Shown one piece after another: positions 26,978-35,740 of a DNA stretch of 64,000 bases (within the stretch, counting starts at the first letter, position 1; each line of letters opens with the position of its first letter). The stretch lies in the NCBI GenBank assembly GCA_030603365.1, contig JAUVXV010000007.1:76616-140615 (forward strand), given 5' to 3'. The notes under the pieces are model-generated. The model did no database searches. It saw nothing but the letters and a program-made list of their open reading frames with translations, and had not been told where the DNA came from. The stretch comes from Candidatus Heimdallarchaeota archaeon (GTDB taxonomy: Archaea; Asgardarchaeota; Heimdallarchaeia; Heimdallarchaeales; Heimdallarchaeaceae). The position numbers and the translations under genes were made by a program.

Positions 26978-28171
26978 CTAAGTCTTATGTGATTTTCTTA
27001 ATAACTTTGCTAGATTTTCTTGACAATTGGGACAGCGAGTATTTTTGTATAACCATTTTTCAATATGTTCTGAATGAGCATAAATTCCGCAGCAAGGTAG
27101 TTTCATAACCTTTTCCTTCTCTTGAGGTTTTAAATCCAATAAACAGACTATACAAGTGGGTCTAGGTGCATCACACTTATCACAAAACTCTTCAGCTTGG
27201 TCAAAAGCATCTCCACAATTGTAACACTTCAATTCTTCAATTCTATCAGCATATTCTTCCAATTTATAGGAGGAGTGGAATATGAGATTCGTTAAGTCTA
27301 AAATGTCCTTAAGATTAACAGTTGATTTAAGTAAAGCAAAGAGCTGATCATCCTCATAATACAACCGTTTTATATCATCTGTAATATTAACTAATAATGA
27401 TTTAACTTTCTTATCTTCAAGAATTTTAAATGCAGCATCAGGAATGGAGGAATGCAGTGAAAATTTTCCTTCTAAAATTGTGATTTCTTTAGTAACATCT
27501 GTTGGTTTTCTAATGTCCATAGCTACTGAAAGCTTGTTTTTGAAGAAAGCTACAAATAGCAAATCTTTATCCCTTGTGAAATTTATTCCTGCCCCTCTAA
27601 TGTTAAAATAAGTACTTTTTCTATTATAATCAAATACCAAACCTGGACTATGTTGAAAAGTCTCTATTTTTAGAGGATCAGTATCTGAAATAATTTTATA
27701 CAATGAATCATTCAATTCAGCTATTTTTTCTGGATTTCTCTCAGTTGATAGAATTTCATAATACCTAGTCATTTTATTTCTTACTCTAGAACCTGAGGTA
27801 ATTGAAGATAGAACAGCAGTTGAGGTTCTAGTACGTGATGAATAAGGTTTTTCAGTTATTACTTCATGAATTCCTGGAACTTCATAAGGTACAGAGCTGG
27901 CAACATTACGTGTTGATTTCACACTCACTGGGTAATTTTGAGTTAGATGCTTCTGACTCTGTTTCTTAATATAATCATCTATTTTCTTTCCTTCAGCTAT
28001 TTCTTCTACCGTAACAGCCCTTCTGAAACCAAGTTTGTTATAATATTTGTCTCCCCCAAATTTTTTCCTTACAAAATCTCGAGATGACAACCATAGAAGT
28101 AATACAAGAATTGCCCCTGTTATTAAAATATAAAGTATAATTTCTCCGACTGTAACCATATTCTCCCACAA
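26978..28171 (-). CDS. N-terminally membrane-anchored protein with a C-terminal zinc ribbon and a RING-variant zinc finger
   Basis: The TM helix is VGEIILYILITGAILVLLLWL. The C-terminus is CYNCGDAFDQAEEFCDKC-DAPRPT-CIVCLLDLKPQEKEKVMKLPCCGIYAHSEHIEKWLYKNTRCPNC. Confidence 0.7.
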   Translation of the reverse strand: MWENMVTVGEIILYILITGAILVLLLWLSSRDFVRKKFGGDKYYNKLGFRRAVTVEEIAEGKKIDDYIKKQSQKHLTQNYPVSVKSTRNVASSVPYEVPGIHEVITEKPYSSRTRTSTAVLSSITSGSRVRNKMTRYYEILSTERNPEKIAELNDSLYKIISDTDPLKIETFQHSPGLVFDYNRKSTYFNIRGAGINFTRDKDLLFVAFFKNKLSVAMDIRKPTDVTKEITILEGKFSLHSSIPDAAFKILEDKKVKSLLVNITDDIKRLYYEDDQLFALLKSTVNLKDILDLTNLIFHSSYKLEEYADRIEELKCYNCGDAFDQAEEFCDKCDAPRPTCIVCLLDLKPQEKEKVMKLPCCGIYAHSEHIEKWLYKNTRCPNCQENLAKLLRKSHKT

Positions 28172-28205
28172 TAAAGTAAGATTAAGATATAATAAAACTA
28201 TCCAA

Positions 28206-29276
28206 TCAAAAATTGCTCATTTTTTTCTGTTTCAGTGTTCTAAGCCAAAGGAATAAATCTTGTTTGCAATTTGGGCACTTTGCATTTGTTTCTAGCCAAC
28301 TTATTAAGTGTTCACGATGTGCATAAATTTCACAACATGGTGTTTGTATCACTTTCTTTTTTTCAGATGGCTTTAAATCTAGTAAACAAACAACACATCT
28401 TGGTCTTGGAGCACCGCATTTATCACATTTGTCCTCGTTGGTTTGGAAGATGTCTTCACATTGGTAGCAAGACAAGTGTTCTATTTCTGCTGTCCCAAAA
28501 TCCTTCAACATTAATTCGTCATGTATAAGAGTGAACAGCTCGAACATTGGTTCAATCATCAAATAATTTGAAATTAGTCCTATTATGAATTTACCATTAA
28601 TAGAAAAATTTAGCAGAGAGTCCTTATGATCTATAATCAAATCATTAAATTCTTTCTTAGTGAAAATCTCATCATATGCAATTTGATGGCTAGAATGGAA
28701 AATGAAATATTTACTAGATTTAATTTGATCTTCAGAAGAGGAAGGTTGTTGCTGTTTTAGTCTTCTTTTAATACTTAATGCAATAGGATAATCCACTCTT
28801 AATATTGCACTAAATTTCATTTCTTCTAGATTTAGAATTTCAATCCCGATGTTGTGTAAAAAGCTATATTTGTGATCTTTGTGAAAATCAAAAGCAATTC
28901 GAGGTAAAGAACCTTCTACTTCTTTCATATTAATTGAACCCAATTTATAGAGTAGAGGTTTTATTTGATTTTTTAACAGATGTTCTTCTTCAGAAATTAG
29001 ATCGTTTTGTCGTAACGCTTGAATTTCTCTAATTTTTCGAGGTGACTTTCTTTCTCTTTTTCTTTTGATTGACCAGTAAGTGTAAATCACTATAACGGTT
29101 AAAATAAACAAACCAAAGATATATGCAAGAAACACAACTAAGTCAAATTCTCGCGTAGGACCCATTAAAGAGGCATTATACAGACCAAAACCTATTCCAA
29201 CTAGCACTAAAATAATTAATGTATCCCTAGCTAGTTTCTTCCACATACTTGTCAGAATATTAAGTAATCTGGTCAC
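28206..29276 (-). CDS. Membrane-anchored protein (two N-terminal TM helices) with a C-terminal zinc ribbon and a RING-variant zinc finger; paralogue of 26978..28171
   Basis: The C-terminus is CYQCEDIFQTNEDKCDKC-GAPRPR-CVVCLLDLKPSEKKKVIQTPCCEIYAHREHLISWLETNAKCPNC. The ligand spacing matches the neighbour. Confidence 0.7.
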   Translation of the reverse strand: MTRLLNILTSMWKKLARDTLIILVLVGIGFGLYNASLMGPTREFDLVVFLAYIFGLFILTVIVIYTYWSIKRKRERKSPRKIREIQALRQNDLISEEEHLLKNQIKPLLYKLGSINMKEVEGSLPRIAFDFHKDHKYSFLHNIGIEILNLEEMKFSAILRVDYPIALSIKRRLKQQQPSSSEDQIKSSKYFIFHSSHQIAYDEIFTKKEFNDLIIDHKDSLLNFSINGKFIIGLISNYLMIEPMFELFTLIHDELMLKDFGTAEIEHLSCYQCEDIFQTNEDKCDKCGAPRPRCVVCLLDLKPSEKKKVIQTPCCEIYAHREHLISWLETNAKCPNCKQDLFLWLRTLKQKKMSNF

Positions 29277-29334
29277 ATAAATACATTTCTTAATCTTAGC
29301 AACTAGAAGAAATTTAATGAGAGGAATGTTCTTC

Positions 29335-30138
29335 TCATGAACAATATTTTTCTAGTTCAAAAGCACCTTCCATTAATTCTCCTAGTCTTCTCATGAATCT
29401 TACTGCAGGAGCACCATCTGTGATAATGTGGTCTATTCTTATAGATAAATTCAAGATTTCTCTATTTAATAATTTACCATCAATTAATCTTGGTTTGAAT
29501 GAAATCCCACCAGTCACAATGTTTACAGGATGATGACCAAGATTTACACCCCAACCACTCATTCCTTTTCCAAACATACCTACAGTAGTAACTTGCACTG
29601 AACTATTGAGTTTCTTATGGAGTTTGGGGTTATTCATCACTCTGTTCCAGAAGAAAATTGTCCTGAAGATTTTTGGAATTTTTAGAAGAAGTTTTAACTG
29701 TTTGGTGGAAATATCACTAGAAATATCCTCCTTTGATTTAGGTCTCTGTACTTCTCGTATCTCGTTGTGAATTTGCATGACATCTTTCTCATGAGCTTTT
29801 CTAATATTATAGAGAGTTGGAAAAGGTTTACCATCTATTGTTTTTTCTATTGCAATCGAAACATCTACATCATCGAAGATATACAACTTCTTTCTTTTTT
29901 TGAAAGCGTGAACTTGTGGATTGTCAGCAACAGCAACACTTACGCATCTAACAACCCAGGCAGTGAATGAAAGGGATTTACCATGTTTTTCTTTGTAACT
30001 TCTGAAAAACTCTCTAGCTTTTGTTATATCTAATTCTACAAGACCTTGCATGAAAAGCATGTGACGAGACATAGCAGTAACTTCAGCTTGAAGTTGTCTC
30101 TTGAAAGGAATTACTTTGTATTTTCCAATCTTATCCAT
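29335..30138 (-). CDS. 2-oxoacid dehydrogenase acyltransferase (E2) catalytic-domain-only protein
   Basis: The catalytic DHxxxDG motif is DHIITDGAPAVRFMRRL. It has the length of a CAT-like fold and no lipoyl domain. Confidence 0.75.
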   Translation of the reverse strand: MDKIGKYKVIPFKRQLQAEVTAMSRHMLFMQGLVELDITKAREFFRSYKEKHGKSLSFTAWVVRCVSVAVADNPQVHAFKKRKKLYIFDDVDVSIAIEKTIDGKPFPTLYNIRKAHEKDVMQIHNEIREVQRPKSKEDISSDISTKQLKLLLKIPKIFRTIFFWNRVMNNPKLHKKLNSSVQVTTVGMFGKGMSGWGVNLGHHPVNIVTGGISFKPRLIDGKLLNREILNLSIRIDHIITDGAPAVRFMRRLGELMEGAFELEKYCS

Positions 30139-30216
30139 TATTACTCATGGAAAAACCAATTTAGGTTCTTTATTAATTTTATCTATTATACAAAATAAAG
30201 ACATAAATGGAAGAAT

Positions 30217-30552
30217 TTACCATTCTTCATCTGGTCTTCGTTCTGGAATCATTTCTAAAGGTGTTGTAAAATCGTACTTGGGGTCATAAAATAATGCACA
30301 ATAACATCGTCCATATTCTTCGATATCAGCTTGGGCATAATCACATGGACAGATTATATCCCTATCCATGGTTCTGTCTTCATTAGAATCACGGCAAGGG
30401 CAGTTAAAATAACCTATTCTATTGAAATAATCTTTCAAACCATCAACAAGTATCTCATAAGTTTCATCTCTACTTGGATCAAGAATCCATTCCCTTTTAT
30501 TTGCTACTTGTTTAGCGTATTTTTCAACATCTTTGTAAGTTTTTTCTGCCAT
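30217..30552 (-). CDS. Ferredoxin:thioredoxin reductase catalytic-subunit-like protein
   Basis: The sequence FNCPCRDSNEDRTMDRDIICPCDYAQADIEEYGRCYCALF carries the CPC...CPC...CxC cysteine pattern of the FTR catalytic subunit. Confidence 0.8.
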   Translation of the reverse strand: MAEKTYKDVEKYAKQVANKREWILDPSRDETYEILVDGLKDYFNRIGYFNCPCRDSNEDRTMDRDIICPCDYAQADIEEYGRCYCALFYDPKYDFTTPLEMIPERRPDEEW

Positions 30553-30561
30553 ATTATCAAC

Positions 30562-30876
30562 CTATTCTAACAATATTTCTTTCCAATTATCGATGTTAAA
30601 ACCAGCGTAAAATTTGTTATCATCAACTATTAAAAAAGGATATCTGACCATTGTATTGAAGGACTTACTAACTTCTCTTTTGAATTCTCTTTTTTCGTCA
30701 ATAGGTAATTTATCTACATCTACAAAGCGATAATGGTAATCATTGTCTTTTAACCATTGCTTTCCTTTCTTGCACCAATGGCATGTGCTTAGAGCTAACA
30801 TAAAAATGGAGTTGGTTTTCTTAGTACCATCAACTTCAACAATCTCTCCAGGTATTTTAATATCTTCGAAACTCAT
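30562..30876 (-). CDS. Glutaredoxin/thioredoxin-like small redox protein
   Basis: The CxxC active site is STCHWCKKGKQWL. I prefer the start at MSFEDIK (30876) over the track start at 30933. It lies 9 nt upstream of the FTR-like gene. Confidence 0.75.
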   Translation of the reverse strand: MSFEDIKIPGEIVEVDGTKKTNSIFMLALSTCHWCKKGKQWLKDNDYHYRFVDVDKLPIDEKREFKREVSKSFNTMVRYPFLIVDDNKFYAGFNIDNWKEILLE

Positions 30877-30994
30877 TATGTAATCGAGATACAGATAGAG
30901 AATTGAAATATAAAGTTGTTTTTCATACAACATTTCTAAAGATTAATTTTGGATAGATGTGATGGTTTTTATTCAAAAAAACATATCTTAAATC

Positions 30995-31624
30995 ATGCAA
31001 ATTACTAACTCTAAAGTAGAGAAGTACATGGAAACTCTCTTGGAAAATCGTTCTGAAATTTACAAAGAAATTGAGGAATATGCCCGTAATGTAGGTTTTC
31101 CTATTATCGAACCACTAGTTGGAGTTCTATTAAATCAATATGCTAGAATGATTAAAGCTAAACGGATTCTGGAATTAGGTTCAGGTTTTGGATATTCAGC
31201 TTTATGGTTCTCAGAAGGGATGGATGAAGAAACAGAAATAATCTGTACGGATTTTAAAGAAGAAAATAAAGAGCTTGCTAAAAAGTATTTCAAGAAAGCT
31301 GGAATTAGTACTAAGATTGATTTCAAGTTAGGAGATGCTATGCAAATATTAGAAGAAATTGAAGGGAAGTTTGATATCATCTTTAATGATGTTGAGAAGG
31401 AAGATTATCCAGAAGTATTCAAAAAAGCTATTCCAAAACTCAAAGAGGGTGGGTTACTAATATCTGACAATACCTTGTGGTATGGGAAAGTAGCAGATGA
31501 GAATCAGAAGGATTATCAAACTGAAGGATCAAGAGAATATAACAGATTAGCTTTTACTGATACTAGGGTTTTATCAGTTATTTTGCCTTTGAGAGACGGA
31601 ATAACAGTATCAATGAAGAAGTAA
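30995..31624 (+). CDS. Class I SAM-dependent O-methyltransferase (family 3, COG4122-like)
   Basis: SAM motif I is ILELGSGFGYSALWF, and the downstream block is DIIFNDVEKEDY...GGLLISDNTLWYGKV. Confidence 0.85.
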   Translation: MQITNSKVEKYMETLLENRSEIYKEIEEYARNVGFPIIEPLVGVLLNQYARMIKAKRILELGSGFGYSALWFSEGMDEETEIICTDFKEENKELAKKYFKKAGISTKIDFKLGDAMQILEEIEGKFDIIFNDVEKEDYPEVFKKAIPKLKEGGLLISDNTLWYGKVADENQKDYQTEGSREYNRLAFTDTRVLSVILPLRDGITVSMKK

Positions 31625-31738
31625 ATACTAAATAATTCTGCAAAAAGTAATCTCAAATGAATAGGAAATTGATTCTTTCTAGTTGTTTTAATTTGAATAA
31701 TACTGATAGGATTTTTTCCATCCTTAAATCCATAAACC

Positions 31739-31750
31739 TTTAAATAAATA
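31739..31750 (+). promoter_or_regulatory. TATA-box-like element (TTTAAATAAATA)
   Basis: It lies 37-48 nt upstream of the ATG at 31787. Confidence 0.35.
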
Positions 31751-31786
31751 GGAAACTAACCAATTTGAACAAATAGAGAGATACTT

Positions 31787-33466
31787 ATGTCAAGTGAGAA
31801 AAATATTTTTTGTTCCGAATGTGGTTCTGGAAATCCTGATACAGCTAAATTTTGTAGAGAATGTGGATTCAACCTTGAAAAAAGAAAAGCTCTTCCGTTG
31901 AAATCTTCACTCCTTGTTCAGAACTCTGAAGAAGAAACTGGAGAGGGCAGTGATGTTTTTATTAGTTATGAGTGTTTAAGTTGTAATGCTTTAAATCCGT
32001 CAACAAATGAATATTGTTTTCACTGTGGAATATACGGATTTTACGAACAACTCTTGTGTTCAAAATGTCGTGATATTGTAAAAGAAGAAGAAACTACATG
32101 CGATAGCTGCAATTTACAATTCAGTAAGAGGGATACATCAGAATTAGGAATACTAGAGTTTGATAGGGAAGAAAAAGATAGATTCATGGTTGAAATAATA
32201 AATGCCATTCAAAGAAGTGGATACAGCTTGGATTCATCTTTTTATGAAGGAAGAATGAGAAATTCTTTGAATCACTATACAACAATCAAACTACTAATGT
32301 CACCAGAATGTCCTCAAAAATTATTAGACAAATATACCACACTTCCCACCAAAAAACAAGCGTCACTTAAAGCAGATTCTGCTGCTGTAGAGAAACTACA
32401 AAAAATTTCTGAATTGTATACCAAAACTTTAGCTCTAGCCCCTCTGGCCTTGAAATACTGGGAAAATAGTGTGAGTTTAGTTGCTTACTTTTGGTATTTC
32501 CTGAATGATGAGAAATCTCCAAGTAAAGAACAGGAAATGGTTTCATCAAATCTCATACAGTATTTGAAAAATTCCGATAAGTTAGTTGAATATTTGTTTG
32601 CTATAGCTTCAACAGATAAACAGACTTACATTGTAGCTCAGGAGAAACGACTCAATGATCATCTTTTGTTGAATCTTTTACCAAAATACCAAAAGGAAGG
32701 AATGCCTTTGGCAATTGTAATAAATAGTTTGGGAACAATAGGTAACACTATTGATTCAGATTTCGGGTCTAAGGAAAAAAATAAACTCGATGACTACTAT
32801 AAATCAAAATCTCTAAAGTATTTTGAAGCAGCAGTTATACTTACGGCATGCACTACAAATTTTATGTGGAAGAATAAAATGGTAAAATTAATACCATTAG
32901 TAATGAATAATCAAATAAATCAGACACAAGAAAAAGGTGAGAAAATATCTGTTCGAACTCGTATGCAAATAAACGAGAAATTACTTAAAGCGGCTATAGA
33001 TTCAACTAAAAAATCTCCTAAAATTTTGGATGAGGATTCAATTAAAACTATATTGTATTGTATAGGATTTCTGTATGCAAAAAGTAATTATCAAGAAATT
33101 AAGAAGGAAGGACAAAAAGTTTTGAAACTAATTGATGAATTATTTGAGGAAACTATTTCAAAAAGGATTAAAATCTTTATAGGAGACTTCAATGCAATCT
33201 CAATAGGTTTAGCTTATATTTATGATAATAAAGTATCATTATATACAGATAGAATTTTAGTACTCGCAAAAACGCTAAAAGATTCAGAAGATAGAAACAA
33301 TCTAATTTATAATGCAACGGAAGGCTTAGGATTTTTCTTCAGACAAACCAGACAAATTTGGTCACAAGAAGCTGCAGTCATACTGATAAAGAAATTAGAT
33401 AAAGAATTTGTTGCTAAAATTGCTGAAGAAGAAAGGAAGGATCAACGCGAAAAAATGAATAGGTAG
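31787..33466 (+). CDS. Protein with three N-terminal zinc ribbons and a large alpha-helical C-terminal domain, hypothetical
   Basis: The three ribbons are CSECGSGNPDTAKFCRECG, CLSCNALNPSTNEYCFHCG and CSKCRDIVKEEETTCDSCN. The remaining 430 aa or so are helical and repeat-like. Confidence 0.65.
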   Translation: MSSEKNIFCSECGSGNPDTAKFCRECGFNLEKRKALPLKSSLLVQNSEEETGEGSDVFISYECLSCNALNPSTNEYCFHCGIYGFYEQLLCSKCRDIVKEEETTCDSCNLQFSKRDTSELGILEFDREEKDRFMVEIINAIQRSGYSLDSSFYEGRMRNSLNHYTTIKLLMSPECPQKLLDKYTTLPTKKQASLKADSAAVEKLQKISELYTKTLALAPLALKYWENSVSLVAYFWYFLNDEKSPSKEQEMVSSNLIQYLKNSDKLVEYLFAIASTDKQTYIVAQEKRLNDHLLLNLLPKYQKEGMPLAIVINSLGTIGNTIDSDFGSKEKNKLDDYYKSKSLKYFEAAVILTACTTNFMWKNKMVKLIPLVMNNQINQTQEKGEKISVRTRMQINEKLLKAAIDSTKKSPKILDEDSIKTILYCIGFLYAKSNYQEIKKEGQKVLKLIDELFEETISKRIKIFIGDFNAISIGLAYIYDNKVSLYTDRILVLAKTLKDSEDRNNLIYNATEGLGFFFRQTRQIWSQEAAVILIKKLDKEFVAKIAEEERKDQREKMNR

Positions 33467-33496
33467 AGTAACCTCTGATCAAGCTATAAATTAGAA

Positions 33497-34114
33497 TTAT
33501 ATTGTAAGCAATGTTTTCTGTAGTTTCTTTATCACTACTTTCTTTTTCTTTTCGAGAAATTTTCCTGGAATTTCTGTCTTAGTTACTTTCGAATATTTCT
33601 TAAGCAATACAATGTTTTGCAGCAGAGATAAATCTTCATCCGCTCTTTGATAAAGTTCTCCTAGAGCTTCTTTGAACAACTTCTGATCAACTCCATTTTC
33701 CAAGTCTTCTTTTAGCATTTTATGAACAAATTCTGTAGATCTTTTTTGAAAATAAGCAATAATAACACTTAGGGTTATCATTAATTTGAATTTTCTATCG
33801 CTTTTTTGATCATCTTCTAGGTTAGAAAGTTTATTTTCATAATTATCATAAATTTCTTTTGTTCTTATGTTAAATTTTGTTGCTAGTTGTTTGATGAATT
33901 GCTCATCATTCCCCTCATCGAAAGGAGTTATGTTCTGTCTAACTATATCAATTAATTCTTCTATAACTTCTCCACTACCCTTTATTTTAATTTTCTTTAC
34001 AGCTCTTCTATCAATGATAAAGTTGGGTTTTTCAAAGAATTGTTGAGAAAAGAGATAAGTGACAACTTCAAGGTATTCCCAGTTGTGATTTCTCCCAACT
34101 TCACTCCTTGCCAT
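33497..34114 (-). CDS. Hypothetical protein (205 aa)
   Basis: It has an ATG start and lies 64 nt downstream of the methyltransferase on the same strand. I recognise no motifs. Confidence 0.55.
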   Translation of the reverse strand: MARSEVGRNHNWEYLEVVTYLFSQQFFEKPNFIIDRRAVKKIKIKGSGEVIEELIDIVRQNITPFDEGNDEQFIKQLATKFNIRTKEIYDNYENKLSNLEDDQKSDRKFKLMITLSVIIAYFQKRSTEFVHKMLKEDLENGVDQKLFKEALGELYQRADEDLSLLQNIVLLKKYSKVTKTEIPGKFLEKKKKVVIKKLQKTLLTI

Positions 34115-34178
34115 ACTAACCCATAGTATTGAGATGCATTGTATTTAAAAACTTTAGCCTTCACTTTTGAGATGAAAT

Positions 34179-35681
34179 TTAGCTCAAATTTTCTAGTATT
34201 AAGTCATCAATTTTACTTCTAGATGATGTATCTTTTCCGTTAAAAATCTCTTGAGCAATTTTACTTATCTCATCCTCTATTGATTTGCTAAACTTAGGAA
34301 TTTTGATATTCGCCATTATACGTTGCGTATAAGAGATTCTATGTCCCCTTCTTGCTCCAGCAGATAAGTAATAATCTCTAAAGAAGTGACTATTAAGATA
34401 CCCGAGCAAAAAGAAAGGATCCTTCTTCTGTGGAACAATAGTTAGAACATCACCTGAAGGGAACAGTGGTTTCGATATCAAACTAAACCTATTAGAAGTA
34501 CTTCTATCTAAATTAGGGACGAAAATTTTGGGATCGTCTTTAAAGGTTTTAAGTTTCTCATAATTTCTGAGAGCCTGCCAATGGAACCATTTCTTATTTT
34601 CAGGTAAATATCTTACACTCATACTCTCTTTATAATCAGCAATTTTCAAGTAAATTTGTGGACACTTCTCTTTAAGTTCCTTTTCAGTTAGAATCTTTTT
34701 GTCTAAAAGGACATATTCTGTATAACCTTCTGTCCAAAAACCTTTACAATTTCTAGCCTTGATACAATTTAATAGTAAATTCTTCTCTGTATTGTTTAAA
34801 GTCTTCTTGAAATCTTCAGATACAGTATAAGCCTTCTCAAACCCAGAAACTAAACCTACACCAATCCAAGCAACATTTTTAAGAAAATAATACTCTTTTA
34901 GAATTTTTTCTGGATAGGTGGTCCAAATCACGTTTTCTTCGGAAAACATATCATGCTCATGATAATCAAAATAGGAACTACTCTCGCTAGTTTCCAATGT
35001 TTTTAATGCTTCAGATTTTATTTTCTTTGCATTTAAATTACGATTTTTAATTCTTAAAATTCTTATTTGTGGATGGACTTTCTGCTGGGTTTTCACAAAT
35101 TTAAAGATGATTGTTTCAGGATTTTCTCCCTCAAATAACCTAGATTCATCTAAATCAATTATAATCTCAATATATCCATTTTGTTTTATTTTGTCTCTGA
35201 CCACTTTTGCATATGTATTGAAGAAGAAACCATATGGAACGATGTAAATTAGCTCTCCACCAGTTTTTAAAAGATCAATGGATTTCATGATAAAGGCGTA
35301 ATAGATGTCAGACTCTTTGTTTCCAACAATATCTGCAACTTTTATTTTCATCTGTTTTGGTAAAGAGTTGAAGTGGCAATACGGAGGATTACCTATAATA
35401 ATATCGTATTTTGAGTTTGTTATCCACTCGAGATAATCTAAGTTGTGGATATTCAGATTTGGAAATTTACTCTTTGTATAGTTACATAGATCATCATCCA
35501 ACTCAATTCCTGAGATATTAGTGAAACCTACTTTTTTTAGCATCTCGATAAATATACCTTTACCTGAACCAGAATCTAGAATAGAAATTCTATCATTTGA
35601 TTTCTTATTATCGCTAATTGAACCTATCATTAAGTTTACGATGGGTTCAGGGGTTTCAACAAAAGCTATAGGTCCAACCAT
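34179..35681 (-). CDS. N6-adenine DNA methyltransferase, TaqI/Eco57I-like (gamma class)
   Basis: The N-terminal block is FVETPEPIVNLM, motif I is ILDSGSGKGIF, and motif IV is IIIGNPPY. A C-terminal target-recognition-like domain is present. Confidence 0.88.
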   Translation of the reverse strand: MVGPIAFVETPEPIVNLMIGSISDNKKSNDRISILDSGSGKGIFIEMLKKVGFTNISGIELDDDLCNYTKSKFPNLNIHNLDYLEWITNSKYDIIIGNPPYCHFNSLPKQMKIKVADIVGNKESDIYYAFIMKSIDLLKTGGELIYIVPYGFFFNTYAKVVRDKIKQNGYIEIIIDLDESRLFEGENPETIIFKFVKTQQKVHPQIRILRIKNRNLNAKKIKSEALKTLETSESSSYFDYHEHDMFSEENVIWTTYPEKILKEYYFLKNVAWIGVGLVSGFEKAYTVSEDFKKTLNNTEKNLLLNCIKARNCKGFWTEGYTEYVLLDKKILTEKELKEKCPQIYLKIADYKESMSVRYLPENKKWFHWQALRNYEKLKTFKDDPKIFVPNLDRSTSNRFSLISKPLFPSGDVLTIVPQKKDPFFLLGYLNSHFFRDYYLSAGARRGHRISYTQRIMANIKIPKFSKSIEDEISKIAQEIFNGKDTSSRSKIDDLILENLS

Positions 35682-35740
35682 TGTCTAAGTACACTAAATG
35701 AAAAATATGTGTTCAACATATAAATTCTTGCTAGAAATCA

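Noticed and set aside
30877-30933. 19-aa N-terminal extension of the glutaredoxin-like ORF (MLYEKQLYISILYLYLDYI)
   Set aside because: It is a low-complexity Tyr/Leu/Ile translation of AT-rich promoter-like DNA. The thioredoxin fold begins at MSFEDIK.
33497-34114. The 205-aa ORF as the cognate restriction endonuclease of the TaqI-like methyltransferase
   Set aside because: I could not identify a convincing PD-(D/E)xK, HNH, GIY-YIG or PLD motif. It is kept as hypothetical and flagged only as a question in the findings.
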